Assembly: GCA_964600785.1 (NCBI GenBank)
Contig: CAZRKH010000005.1
Location: 4,317-68,316 of the forward strand
Length of the DNA stretch: 64,000 nucleotides
Origin: an uncultured Chitinophagaceae bacterium
GTDB taxonomy: Bacteria; Planctomycetota; Planctomycetia; Pirellulales; UBA1268
Direction: 5' to 3'
In this document: positions 18,940 to 30,903 of the stretch, piece after piece
How the letters are laid out: each line of letters opens with the position of its first letter
Numbering within the stretch: position 1 is the first letter of the stretch
Made by a program: the position numbers and the translations under genes
The notes under the pieces: model-generated
What the model saw: only the letters and a program-made list of their open reading frames with translations
The model's database searches: none
What the model was told of the DNA's origin: nothing

Positions 18940-19685
18940 AGCACCTTTGCGAGGAAGCCGGTCAGGCGAGGCGTCGCCGGCCGATCAAAAAATTCAGTGG
19001 ACGGCCCGTGGGCCTCGATCAGCCCGTCGGCCACAAAGGCCAGTTCGTCCGCCACACGCCGGGCGAAGCCCATTTCGTGGGTGGCCAGCACGATCTGGCC
19101 GCCGAGTGCACCGACCTCGCCGATCATGTCAAGCACCTCCGAAGTCATTTCCGGATCGAGCGCCGAGGTCGGCTCGTCCAGAAACAGGATAGACGGCTCG
19201 ACCACGAGGGCACGCAGGATCGCGATCCGCTGCTGCTGCCCGCCCGAAAGCGAGGCCGGACGCTTGCGGGCATGCTCGGCGAGGCCGAACCGGGCCAGAG
19301 GCTCGCGGATCCTCGCCTCGGCCGCCTCGCGGGTCATGCCGTGCACGTGCACCAAAGGCAGAATCAGGTTGTCGAGTGCGGAGAGGTGCGGGAAGAGGTT
19401 GTAGGCCTGGAAAACCGTGCCCACCTGCCGCCGCCAGGCGAGCAGCCCCGCCTCATCCCGCGGCAGGGGCCGGCCGTCGAAGGAGACCCTCCCGGCTGCG
19501 GGCACATCGATCCCTGCAAGAATCCGCAGGAGGGTCGACTTGCCCCCACCCGAGGGGCCGATCAGCACCAGCGTACGGATTTCGCCGGTGGCGAGCGTGC
19601 AGCCGCGGAGCACCTCCGCCGCGGTGCCATCGGCGGCGGTGAACCGCTGCCGCACATCCTCGAGCACGAGCTTCACGCGGCACAC
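18936..19685 (-). CDS. Polar amino acid ABC transporter ATP-binding protein
   Basis: Walker A GPSGGGKST, Q-loop, signature LSGGQQQRIAILRAL, Walker B ILFLDEPTSALD and H-loop. The C-terminal FFDRPATPRLTGFLAKVL is typical of the GlnQ/HisP type. Confidence 0.95.
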   Translation of the reverse strand: MCRVKLVLEDVRQRFTAADGTAAEVLRGCTLATGEIRTLVLIGPSGGGKSTLLRILAGIDVPAAGRVSFDGRPLPRDEAGLLAWRRQVGTVFQAYNLFPHLSALDNLILPLVHVHGMTREAAEARIREPLARFGLAEHARKRPASLSGGQQQRIAILRALVVEPSILFLDEPTSALDPEMTSEVLDMIGEVGALGGQIVLATHEMGFARRVADELAFVADGLIEAHGPSTEFFDRPATPRLTGFLAKVL

Positions 19686-19712
19686 TCCGTCGGTCTCGGC
19701 GAGCCGCTGTGG

Positions 19713-20465
19713 TCAGCCCTCATGGCGGAGCCTCCGTTCGAGCCCGCGGGCGGCCCAGGAGAGCGGGAGCGTGAGCAGGAGATAGCCCGCCGCCAGCGGC
19801 AGGTAGCTCTCCAGGGCCGAGTAGGTGAAGGCATTCACCTCTTGTGCGGCCAGGGTGAACTCCGAGATTGCGATCACCGAAAGCAGTGAGGAATCCTTGA
19901 TCAACGAGGCGAGCTGTCCGGCCACCGGCGGGAGCACGATTCTCGCTGCCTGCGGCAGGATCACAAGACGAAACGCCTGCCACCTCGTGAGGCCGATCGC
20001 CCGGGCAGCGTCCCGCTGCGGTTGCGGGATCGCCTTCAGGCCACCCCGGAAGATCTCGGCCATGTAGGCTCCCGAAAAAAGCGAGAGGATCAGAATCCCG
20101 ACCACGAAGCGATTCTCCAGCCCGACGGCCGAGGCCACCACGTAGAAACCGATCAACAGCTGCACCAACAGCGGGGTGCCGCGGAACAGCTCGACGTAGA
20201 CCCGTGCCACCGCTTCGAGAATGAGCGACTTCGACCCGAGGCAGATCGCCGTGACGAGCCCAACCAGGCCGCTGATCACCAAGGCCGCGAGGCTGATCGC
20301 GACAGTGGCCAGCCAGCCGGTGACAAACCGGCGTCGGTAGGCCCAGACCTCGTCCCACTTCCAGTCGTAGTCGATCCGCCAGAAGGCCAGCGCGATCAAG
20401 CCCGCAGCCACCGCGATCACGGCAAGGTGGGCGGCCGTGCGGGAATTGGAGAGTCGACGGATCAC
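19713..20465 (-). CDS. Polar amino acid ABC transporter permease (HisM/GlnP type)
   Basis: 250 aa with multiple hydrophobic segments. FRGTPLLVQLL and the EAA-like loop AARAIGLTRWQAFRLVILPQA. Confidence 0.9.
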   Translation of the reverse strand: MIRRLSNSRTAAHLAVIAVAAGLIALAFWRIDYDWKWDEVWAYRRRFVTGWLATVAISLAALVISGLVGLVTAICLGSKSLILEAVARVYVELFRGTPLLVQLLIGFYVVASAVGLENRFVVGILILSLFSGAYMAEIFRGGLKAIPQPQRDAARAIGLTRWQAFRLVILPQAARIVLPPVAGQLASLIKDSSLLSVIAISEFTLAAQEVNAFTYSALESYLPLAAGYLLLTLPLSWAARGLERRLRHEG

Positions 20466-20523
20466 AAACGTTACTTATCGGGCTTGTCGCTGGATGCGGC
20501 GGATTCGCACCCCGCCAACCACC

Positions 20524-21333
20524 TCAGAATACGAAGGGAATCCCCTCCGCGGCGAAGAAGGCCTTCTCCTGGGGAAGATACCGGTCGCCGAGCCGCTCAA
20601 AACCACCCGATTCCCGAAAGGATTCGAGAAAGCGGTTGACCTCGCGTCGTAGCTTGTCGTCGCCCAGGCGGATACCGACCGCCCAGGATTCCTCGCGGAA
20701 GGGAGTCAGCAGGGCCCGCGTGGTGTCGGGATGGCGGCGGTGGCTGCGGTAGACGGAGAAGGGATCGTAGAGAAAGGCATCGGCCTTGGCCTGCGCGACC
20801 TCCATCACCGCCGCGGTTTCCCGGTCGAGCACGAGCAGCCGGGCCTCGTGGAGGGCCTCACGGGCAAAAAGGTGGCCGGTGGTTCCCTTCTTCACCGCCA
20901 CCGTTCTGCCCGGCCGGTCGAGGTCACCGGCCGACTCGATGTTGGAATCGGCCGCCGCAAGAATCGCGAGGCCGGTCCGCAGATAGGGCTCGGAAAAGGC
21001 GATCGACCCGGCACGCTCGGGTGTGGCCGTCATCGACGAGATGACCAGGTCGATGCGGCCGGTCTTGAGAGCAGGAATCAGCCCGTCGAAGGCGATGTTC
21101 TCGATGACCACGTCCCGCCGGAGAAACTCACCGAGGGCCCGGGCCAGGTCAGGGCTGACGCCGGTCGGCTCGCCGCGGGCATCGGTCATTTCGAAGGGCG
21201 GGTAGGAGAGTTCCATCCCTACCCGCAACGGCCGGCCGGATGATTTGTCGAAGCGACCGCTGCGGACGCCGCATCCGCCCGCCGGCAACACCGTGAGCAG
21301 ACCGAGCAAGAGGAGTAGGTGGCGACGTGGCAT
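20524..21333 (-). CDS. Family-3 (polar amino acid) solute-binding lipoprotein
   Basis: The start at MPRRHLLLLLGLLTVLPAGGCG gives a lipobox. LRVGMELSYPPFEM, DVVIENIAFDGLIPALKTGRIDLVISSMT and ADAFLYD are typical SBP_bac_3 features. Confidence 0.85.
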   Translation of the reverse strand: MPRRHLLLLLGLLTVLPAGGCGVRSGRFDKSSGRPLRVGMELSYPPFEMTDARGEPTGVSPDLARALGEFLRRDVVIENIAFDGLIPALKTGRIDLVISSMTATPERAGSIAFSEPYLRTGLAILAAADSNIESAGDLDRPGRTVAVKKGTTGHLFAREALHEARLLVLDRETAAVMEVAQAKADAFLYDPFSVYRSHRRHPDTTRALLTPFREESWAVGIRLGDDKLRREVNRFLESFRESGGFERLGDRYLPQEKAFFAAEGIPFVF

Positions 21334-21426
21334 CGGCGGTAGCAGCGGGAGAGGCACGGGAGAGGCACCCGGTGCGAGTGTAGCTCTCGGCCGCTTGCTA
21401 TCAAGCAACGCGTTGTCCAGGAAACC

Positions 21427-22074
21427 CTACTCGAGTCCGTGGCGGATGGCCCACACGGCCGCCTGGGTGCGGTCGCTGACGGCGAGTTTGCGGAGCAGAT
21501 TTTGGACATGCTCCTTGACGGTCTCCACGCTGATCGCCAGGGCCAGGGCGATCTCCTTGTTGGAAAGACCCAGGGAGATCTGCCGCAGCACCTGCGACTC
21601 TCGCGGGGTAAGCGGAATGTCGAGATCATCCACGGTCGCCTGGTTGGCCATCGTTCCAGCCACCTTCCGCACCGGCCCTGACTGCAGCGGGGCATGCCCG
21701 TCGACGGCGCCCTTGACCGCGTCGCGGATCATCTTGGCGTCAGATCCCTTGACGAGATAGTCGAAGGCTCCGGCCGCCAAGGCCCGGGCCAGATAGGTCG
21801 GGTTGTCGAAAGCCGAAAACATGATCACCCTTGTCTTGGGTGAGGCCGCACGGATTCGGGAGAGCACCTCGAAACCGTCGAGGCTGCCCGCCTCCTCGCT
21901 TCTCAGCCGCACATCGAGGAGGACCACGCCCGGCTTGAGCTTCCTCGCCATCCTGACCGCATCGGTGCCGTTGTCCGCCTCGCCGGCGACACGCATTCCC
22001 GCCTGCTCGAGAATTACAACGAGTCCACGACGGACGACCTCCTGGTCATCGACCACCATCACATTCTCAGCCAC
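21427..22074 (-). CDS. NarL/FixJ (LuxR-type HTH) two-component response regulator, no cognate kinase nearby
   Basis: Receiver domain (VMVVDDQEVVRRGL...VVLLDVRL...) plus a C-terminal LuxR HTH (LTPRESQVLRQISLGLSNKEIALALAISVETVKEHVQNLLRKL). The start is approximate. Confidence 0.9.
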   Translation of the reverse strand: MAENVMVVDDQEVVRRGLVVILEQAGMRVAGEADNGTDAVRMARKLKPGVVLLDVRLRSEEAGSLDGFEVLSRIRAASPKTRVIMFSAFDNPTYLARALAAGAFDYLVKGSDAKMIRDAVKGAVDGHAPLQSGPVRKVAGTMANQATVDDLDIPLTPRESQVLRQISLGLSNKEIALALAISVETVKEHVQNLLRKLAVSDRTQAAVWAIRHGLE

Positions 22075-22258
22075 CGGCCCGGCCCTCCCAATCACACCTC
22101 CGAATCCTGACACCAGAACGGCATCAGCGGGGCGACGTTTCGGCGAACCGGCCAAGAATGCCCATGGCCTCGCCCCCTATCTCCGGGGAGAATAGCCCCC
22201 GCCGGGCACCCTCGGCAAGCATTCCGAGGCACACCGCAAAATCGGGCCTCCGCCACCG

Positions 22259-22828
22259 CTAGCGAGGCACGACGTAGATTCCCTCCGCGGTGATCTGCAC
22301 GATCGGGAACGGGAGGTCGGGGTCATAGCGGCCGCGGCCGCGAATCACGACCTTTTGACCGGCATCGATGCCAAAAATCGCCCGGGCATCGCTGGGAATC
22401 ACCGCACCGGCATCATCGACGAACTGCACCGCCGCCACGGTCGCCTTCTCCTTTCGCCGCTTGCAAAACGGGCAGCTGTCGGCGTCGTGGCCCTCGGCCT
22501 TCGCATGGCCGTCGTCCGCGAGGTCGATCAGCATGAACGAGGCCTTACCCTCGAGAAACGGGCTGTCCTTGGGATCCTTGGCGGCGATCGTGCCGGCAAC
22601 GGTGATCAATGCCTCGTGGTCGGTGGCTTTTTTGAGGATGCCGAGGGCATCGCCAAGGGTAAGTGCCGCCGGCGGCTTCTCGGAAAGGACGAACCGTTCC
22701 CGGACCTCGGCGGCCGGGATTGCCTCCGCGGCCGAATCACTCGGCCAGCCTGCCACCGCAAGGACCACCGCAACGCATCCGATCTTCAAGCCCGTCTCGG
22801 CCGGCAAGAATCGTCCACCGCTGTTCAT
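22259..22828 (-). CDS. Hypothetical exported protein
   Basis: 189 aa with an N-terminal hydrophobic segment (IGCVAVVLAVAGW) and a CPFC motif. ATGA overlap with the upstream His-rich lipoprotein gene. I recognise no domain. Confidence 0.6.
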   Translation of the reverse strand: MNSGGRFLPAETGLKIGCVAVVLAVAGWPSDSAAEAIPAAEVRERFVLSEKPPAALTLGDALGILKKATDHEALITVAGTIAAKDPKDSPFLEGKASFMLIDLADDGHAKAEGHDADSCPFCKRRKEKATVAAVQFVDDAGAVIPSDARAIFGIDAGQKVVIRGRGRYDPDLPFPIVQITAEGIYVVPR

Positions 22829-23424
22829 TCCTCGTCTCCCTTTGTCTTGGGCTTGCCGGCGGCATGCTTTTCGATGGCTGCGATGCCTTTCTCAACTCGC
22901 TCCGATATATCATCGTAGACCGCCTTCCCGCCATCGTGGATCGTTTCATCGAGCTCGTTGAAGGCCTCAAAAAGCTTGTCCGTCGCATCCTTGACCGCTT
23001 CGGAAGCCTCTTCGCCGAGCGACGCGGCAAGCCCCTCGATGTCTTCAAGCAGATGGCCGACCGCATGGACATGCCCGTCAGCGGCCTCGACGTTCTCCTC
23101 ACCAAGCGAGGATTTCAGCTTGCCAACCAGCGACTTCAGCTCGGCAAGACCCTCCGCCAGCGTTTCGGGATGCACGTGCTCGGCGTCGTGGTCATGGTCG
23201 TGGTCATCGCCATGGTCGTCGTGGCTGTGGTCGGTCTCGGCCGGCTTTTTCTCGGTCGTCGCCCCTCCCCCGCCGGCTGGAGGCGGACTGCAGCCGCCGA
23301 TCGCCACCGTCACCGCAGGCAGCAGCATCCCCACGAGGACCGGCCCCAGCATGCTTCCCGCCGCGGCCCGCGGCTTTGCGATTTGCATCTTGTGTCGCAT
23401 CTTTTGTCGCATCACCCGTCTCAT
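22825..23424 (-). CDS. Histidine-rich lipoprotein (putative periplasmic metal-binding protein)
   Basis: The start at MRRVMRQKM gives a signal peptide ending in the lipobox VAIGGC. This is followed by TDHSHDDHGDDHDHDHDAEHVHPE and an acidic helical C-terminal part. Confidence 0.65.
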   Translation of the reverse strand: MRRVMRQKMRHKMQIAKPRAAAGSMLGPVLVGMLLPAVTVAIGGCSPPPAGGGGATTEKKPAETDHSHDDHGDDHDHDHDAEHVHPETLAEGLAELKSLVGKLKSSLGEENVEAADGHVHAVGHLLEDIEGLAASLGEEASEAVKDATDKLFEAFNELDETIHDGGKAVYDDISERVEKGIAAIEKHAAGKPKTKGDEE

Positions 23425-24975
23425 ATCTTGGCTCCCGTGTGGGGTCTCTGTTTCGCGGGGTACAAACCCTAGCGCGAACTGAAGAATACCGGTGTAGGTT
23501 GCCGGCTGACAAATCCGGTTTTCACAGCCCGAGGAATGAACCATGGCAGACACCGCCGGCAGCATCGATCCGATCGCCCAGAAGGCCCTCGCGATCAACC
23601 TCGACGAACGGCTTTACGGCACCTTTGCCGAGATTGGTGCCGGCCAGGAGGTGGCCCGCTGGTTTTTCAGCGTGGGGGGCGCCGCGGGAACCGTGGCCAA
23701 GACGATGTCGGCCTACGACATGACCTTCAGCGACGAGATCTACGGCCATGCCTCGCGGTACGTTTCGCTCGAGCGGCTGACCGAAATGCTCGATCACGAG
23801 TACGGCCTGCTCGGCGAACGGCTTTCACAGTCACGTGGCGGCCGCAGCTGCTTCTTCACCTTCGCCAACACCGCCGCAGCCCTTTCGCATCGTGGCGGCA
23901 ACGAATGCCATGCCTGGATGGGGATTCGCTTCCAGACCGAACCCGGGGCCGAGCCGAGCGACCTTTTGATTCACGCCCGAATGCACGACCGCAGCAACCC
24001 TTCGCAGCAGGAGGCGATCGGCAGGCTGGGGGTGAACCTCTGCACGGCGGCCTTCTACCACTGGAAGCAGCCGCGGGCGATGCTCGAGATGCTGCTGGAC
24101 GACATCGAGCCGGGTCGCCTGGAGATCGACTGGGTGCAGCTCGCCGGGCCGGCCTTCTCCACCCCCGGTCCGATCGACAACCGCCTGATGGCTCTGCACC
24201 TGGTGCGGCTCGGCTTCACCCCGGCTGTGCTCTTCGGTGACACCGGTGAGCCACTCCTGGCCGCCGACGTGCTGCGTCGCAAGGCGGTGCTCGTGGAACG
24301 CGGCCGCTTCGCGCCGGTCACGCGACTCAATCTCGGCATGCTCGCAGAGTCACGAACGCTCTTCGAGGCCGAACTTGCCGCCCCACCAAACCCCGGCGAC
24401 CCGGTGGCCTCCGCCTCCACCTGCCCGGCGGTGCTGGAGGTCATGGAAATCACGATGAACAACCTCCGCGACCGCGGCATGGTCGACGACGCCGACTTTC
24501 TCTCCCGCGTCGACCTCCTCACCGCCGCGGGAAAGATGGTGCTCGTTTCCGATCTCGGACCCTTCCACCGGCTCGCGGAATACCTCGCCGAGCGGAAGGT
24601 GGCCCGCGCGGGGATCGTGCTCGGCGTGCCGCTGCTGCGGGAGCTGTTCGTCGAAAACCACTACCGCGACCTGCCCGGCGGCATCCTGGAAGCCTTCGGG
24701 CGGCTCTTCACCCATTCGGTGCGGCTGTTCGTGCATGCCACCCGCGATCCCCTCGACGGCCGGCCTGTCACCGCTGAGTCGCTGAAAGTCGCGGGCCACC
24801 TCTGCCACCTCCACAGGCATCTTCTCGAGAATCGGTTCATCATCCCGATTCCTTTCGACGAAGCCTCGCTGCGGACCTACTCGAGCGACGAGGTGCGGAG
24901 CCGGATCGCCGCGGGCGACCCCAGCTGGAAGGCGTTCGTGGAGCCGGCCGTGGCGGAGCTGATCGAATCGCGGGG

Positions 24976-27186
<2,211 letters not shown>

Positions 27187-27274
27187 GCGGCGGGATCATA
27201 CCGCGCCGGCCCTCCGCACGCCGACCTCAGCCGGCGGGGCTTGCGGCACCGCCGCGGCAGGGAAGAATATCCAC

Positions 27275-28360
27275 GTGAGCGGAGCCACCTATTCCAGTGC
27301 CGGGGTGAACCTCGACCTCTACCGCGAGGCGATGTCGCGGATTCCGTCGCACCTGCGGCGGACACATTGTCCCCGCGTGGAAAGCGCCGAGGGAAGCTTC
27401 GCCGCGGTCTTCCGGCTCGATTTCGAGGGTCTCTTCGCCCGTCGCTACGACGACCCGCTGCTCGTCTCATGCACCGATGGGGTCGGCACCAAGCTCAAGA
27501 TCGCCACGCTCGCCGGAGCCCACCGGACCGTCGGCATCGACCTGGTGGCGATGAGCGTCAACGACCTGATCTGCACCGCTGCCGAGCCGCTCTTCTTTCT
27601 CGACTACATCGCGATGGCGGCCGACGAGCCCGCCCTGCTCGAGCAGATCGTGCAGGGCATCGCCGATGGCTGCGTGGCGAGCGACTGCGCCTTGGTCGGC
27701 GGCGAGACCGCCATCCTTCCCGACATGTACCAGCCAGGTGAATACGACCTGGCCGGCTTCTGCGTGGGCGTGGTCGAGCGACGCAAGCTCGTCGACGGCA
27801 GCCACATGGAACCGGGCGATATCGCGATCGGCCTGGCCTCCAGCGGCCTCCACTCCAACGGCTTCAGCCTCGTCCGCAAGGCCGTGTTCGAGATGGCCGG
27901 CCTGGCCTGCGGCGATCGGGTCGACGAACTCGCCGGCCGAAGCGTGGGTGAAATCCTGCTCGAGCCGACCCGGCTCTATGCCCGCCCGATCAAAAGCGTG
28001 CTGGCCCACTACCGTGTCAAACAGGTGGTGCACGCGATCGCGCATGTGACCGGCGGCGGGATCGTGGAAAATCTCGCCCGCGTCGTGCCGCCGCGGGTGC
28101 AGGTGGTGCTCTCGCGGAGCGGCTGGCAGGTGCCACCGGTCTTCCGCTGGGTGCAGCGGCTCGGGCGGATCGAGGAGGCGGAGATGGAGCGGGTGTTCAA
28201 CATGGGCATCGGCATGGTGCTCGTGGTGGCCCCCCACTTCGCCGCGAGCATCCGCAGCCAGCTTGCCGACTTCGGGATCGAGTCGTTCGACCTCGGCCGT
28301 GTCGAGGCCGCCTCGCCGGATGACCCGCGGGTCGTGCTCCGCGACGAGCCGGCGGCGTAG
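27275..28360 (+). CDS. purM: Phosphoribosylformylglycinamidine cyclo-ligase (AIR synthetase)
   Basis: YSSAGVNLD, DGVGTKLKIA, GIDLVAMSVNDL, LVGGETA, GLASSGLHSNGFSL and FNMGIGMVLVV. GTG start at 27275 after GGAAGAA. Confidence 0.95.
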   Translation: MSGATYSSAGVNLDLYREAMSRIPSHLRRTHCPRVESAEGSFAAVFRLDFEGLFARRYDDPLLVSCTDGVGTKLKIATLAGAHRTVGIDLVAMSVNDLICTAAEPLFFLDYIAMAADEPALLEQIVQGIADGCVASDCALVGGETAILPDMYQPGEYDLAGFCVGVVERRKLVDGSHMEPGDIAIGLASSGLHSNGFSLVRKAVFEMAGLACGDRVDELAGRSVGEILLEPTRLYARPIKSVLAHYRVKQVVHAIAHVTGGGIVENLARVVPPRVQVVLSRSGWQVPPVFRWVQRLGRIEEAEMERVFNMGIGMVLVVAPHFAASIRSQLADFGIESFDLGRVEAASPDDPRVVLRDEPAA

Positions 28361-28380
28361 CAGACTGTGAAACCAGTCTG
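28361..28380 (+). terminator. Perfect hairpin CAGACTG-TGAAAC-CAGTCTG immediately after the purM stop
   Basis: Read directly from the sequence: 7-bp stem and 6-nt loop. A T-rich stretch (ctttgattttt) follows only about 25 nt later, so it is not a canonical intrinsic terminator. Confidence 0.3.
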
Positions 28381-28431
28381 CCGGTGCGGGATGATGCTTT
28401 GATTTTTCCGTTCTCGACCGCCCATGCCCCG

Positions 28432-30870
28432 TCAGGGACGCGAAGCGGCGCGGATTTCAGGATCACACTGCCGCGAAGGGCCCGCCTCGCGGATCGCCTC
28501 GAGCACCTGCGACTCGGTGAGCAAGTCGCGAAGAACGATCGGCTCCCGCATCGGCTCGCCCGGACGGCAGCCGGGATAGATCGCCAGTAGCGGGATCGAT
28601 CGGCTTTGCAGGCTCTCGAGCATCATCTTGATCTCGGCCGATTCCTCCGTCCAATCGGCCAGCAGGGGCACGACCCGATTCTCCTCGAGCAGCTCCTTGA
28701 CCGCATCGGTCTCGATCGCCGTAGCCAGGTTGAGCTTGCAGGTCATGCACCAGTCGGCTGAGAAGTCGACCAGCACCGTCGACCCCTCCTCACGCAGGCT
28801 CGCCAGCCTGGCCCGCGAGAACGGCTCCCAGGGGATCAGCGACTCCACTGGTGCCAAGAGCGAAAACGAGAGCCCGCCGAGGGCCGCGGCAATGCCCGCC
28901 GCCTGGATCCAGCGGCCGGTCTTGGGGGTCGTCGGGGCAAGGGTTTGGCCGCGGCCGATCCACCAGCAGCCGGCCCAGATCGAGAACAAAAGCCCCAGGG
29001 TCGGCACCAGGTAGTCGTCCTCGAGGAAGGTGAACAGGAAGACGACCGTGCCGAGCATCACGAAGCCCATCACTTCCTTGACAGTCTCCATCCAGGCTCC
29101 CGGTTTCGGCAGGAACCGGACGAGTGAGGGGAAGGCACCGACAAGCAGATAGGGCAGGGCCATCCCGGTGGCGATCGAGGCGAAGACCGCGTAGGTCACG
29201 CTCGTGGGCTGCGAGAGGGTGTAGCCGAACACCGGCCCCAGGAACGGCCCGCTGCAGGGCGTGGCCAGCACCGTGCTCAGGACACCTTTGAGGAAGGCTC
29301 CCAACGGTCCCTCCTTGCTCTGCACATGGCCGGCACGTTCACCGATGAAACCTGGAATCGGGATCTCCCAGACACCCAAAAACGAGAGAGCGAAGGCGAA
29401 CACGATTGAAGCCATCACGATGTTGAACTTCGTGGAGGTGAACTGCTCGCCCCAGGCGAGATTCGATGCGCCCAGCCCGACGTTGGCCGCCACGCTCGCG
29501 GTCGCCAGCACAAAGAACACCGCAAACAGCCCGGCCACATACCAGAGGTTCATCTCGAAGACCTCGCGGCGAGCCCGGCCCGACTGCTGGGCGAAGGCCA
29601 TCAGCTTCAGGCCGAGCACCGGCAGCACGCAGGGCATGAGATTGAGAATCAGCCCCCCGGCGAGGCCCATCGCCAGGGCCACCGGCAGCGAGAGGGCTGT
29701 CGCCGAAAAGCCCGGGCCGACCGGGCCTGGCGGCTCGACGGCCGCGGCCGTCGACGTGCCGGGCAGGCTGATCGGGGCGGCGGCGGCGGCCACCTCGGCA
29801 TAGCGGGCGGAGCTGAAATGGAGCGTGGGGTCGCCATCATCAGGCAGCAGGCCGCGGATCCGAACGGCAAACGGTGGGTCGCAGGCGGTTTCCCTGCAGG
29901 TCTGGTAGCCGACGAGCAGATCGATGCCGTCGGGCGCCTCCCCGGCAGAGCCGACCGAGGCGGTTTCTTCGACACGACGCAGTTGCAGATCGAGTTCCAC
30001 CGCCTCCTCGGCGGTGGCGGTCTGCACCGCGCGGGCACGAATCTCCTCGACGGCGTACCCCCGCGTCTCGGCGATCGAGACGAGCGTCGGCTTGCCTTCA
30101 CCGATGTCGCTCGTGTCGGCCGACGCCGCCGGATAAAGATGCCATCCGTCGGTCGGCAGCAGCCGCACCGTGAGCTGCCGCCTCGTCCCGGCGGAACGAT
30201 CAAACCAGGCCTCAAAGAGCACATGCCCCCGCTCGGGCTGGTGCATCACCGGCGGACTCGGCGGCGATTGCGTTCCGGCGGGCCCGAGCACGGCGGTGAA
30301 GGGGATTGTTTCCGGCGGCAGGCAGGAGGTCGCTCGGCACAGCTGAAATGTCAGCGAGCCCTCCAGCTTTTCGCCAGACGACGCGGGGTTCGCCTTCAGC
30401 GGCACCTCCCAACTGACGTTCCCCGCATGCTCGCGGAGTTCGAGCCCCTTCCAGGCCGGCACGTCATCAGCCTCATGCGATTCCGGCGGCGGGTCGGCCG
30501 CGAACTCACCATCCGGCAGCCAGGGGGAGTCGTCGTTGACGCGGATCACCGTGGCCCGCGGTCCGCCCGGAGGCTGGTCGATCGCGTAGAGGTGCCAGCC
30601 CGGCTCGATCTCGGCTTGCACCCGCAGCAGGCGACCTCCGCCCTCCGCCGCGGGCACCATCTCGGCTGAAACGCTCACGCGATCGGCCGATGCATCGAGA
30701 CCGAAGCCGCCGCCAAAATCGGGCAGGTCTTCGACGGCAATCGTGGCCTGCACGGTCGCGAGTGCGGCACACACTCCGATCACACCCCGCGTGGCGATTG
30801 CCAGGGGAGTTGAACGCTCGATGCCAAGGCCCGCACGAAGCAGGCCCGGCGAACTGCACGATCGCCTCAT
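28432..30870 (-). CDS. DsbD-like thiol:disulfide interchange protein with extended N-terminal periplasmic region
   Basis: The central membrane domain has LNLMPCVLPVLGLK and ATPCSGPFLG. The C-terminal thioredoxin fold has VLVDFSADWCMTCK. Confidence 0.85.
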   Translation of the reverse strand: MRRSCSSPGLLRAGLGIERSTPLAIATRGVIGVCAALATVQATIAVEDLPDFGGGFGLDASADRVSVSAEMVPAAEGGGRLLRVQAEIEPGWHLYAIDQPPGGPRATVIRVNDDSPWLPDGEFAADPPPESHEADDVPAWKGLELREHAGNVSWEVPLKANPASSGEKLEGSLTFQLCRATSCLPPETIPFTAVLGPAGTQSPPSPPVMHQPERGHVLFEAWFDRSAGTRRQLTVRLLPTDGWHLYPAASADTSDIGEGKPTLVSIAETRGYAVEEIRARAVQTATAEEAVELDLQLRRVEETASVGSAGEAPDGIDLLVGYQTCRETACDPPFAVRIRGLLPDDGDPTLHFSSARYAEVAAAAAPISLPGTSTAAAVEPPGPVGPGFSATALSLPVALAMGLAGGLILNLMPCVLPVLGLKLMAFAQQSGRARREVFEMNLWYVAGLFAVFFVLATASVAANVGLGASNLAWGEQFTSTKFNIVMASIVFAFALSFLGVWEIPIPGFIGERAGHVQSKEGPLGAFLKGVLSTVLATPCSGPFLGPVFGYTLSQPTSVTYAVFASIATGMALPYLLVGAFPSLVRFLPKPGAWMETVKEVMGFVMLGTVVFLFTFLEDDYLVPTLGLLFSIWAGCWWIGRGQTLAPTTPKTGRWIQAAGIAAALGGLSFSLLAPVESLIPWEPFSRARLASLREEGSTVLVDFSADWCMTCKLNLATAIETDAVKELLEENRVVPLLADWTEESAEIKMMLESLQSRSIPLLAIYPGCRPGEPMREPIVLRDLLTESQVLEAIREAGPSRQCDPEIRAASRP

Positions 30871-30903
30871 TGCGCGGAGTCTAGCGAGGGGCTTTTCCCG
30901 GGG

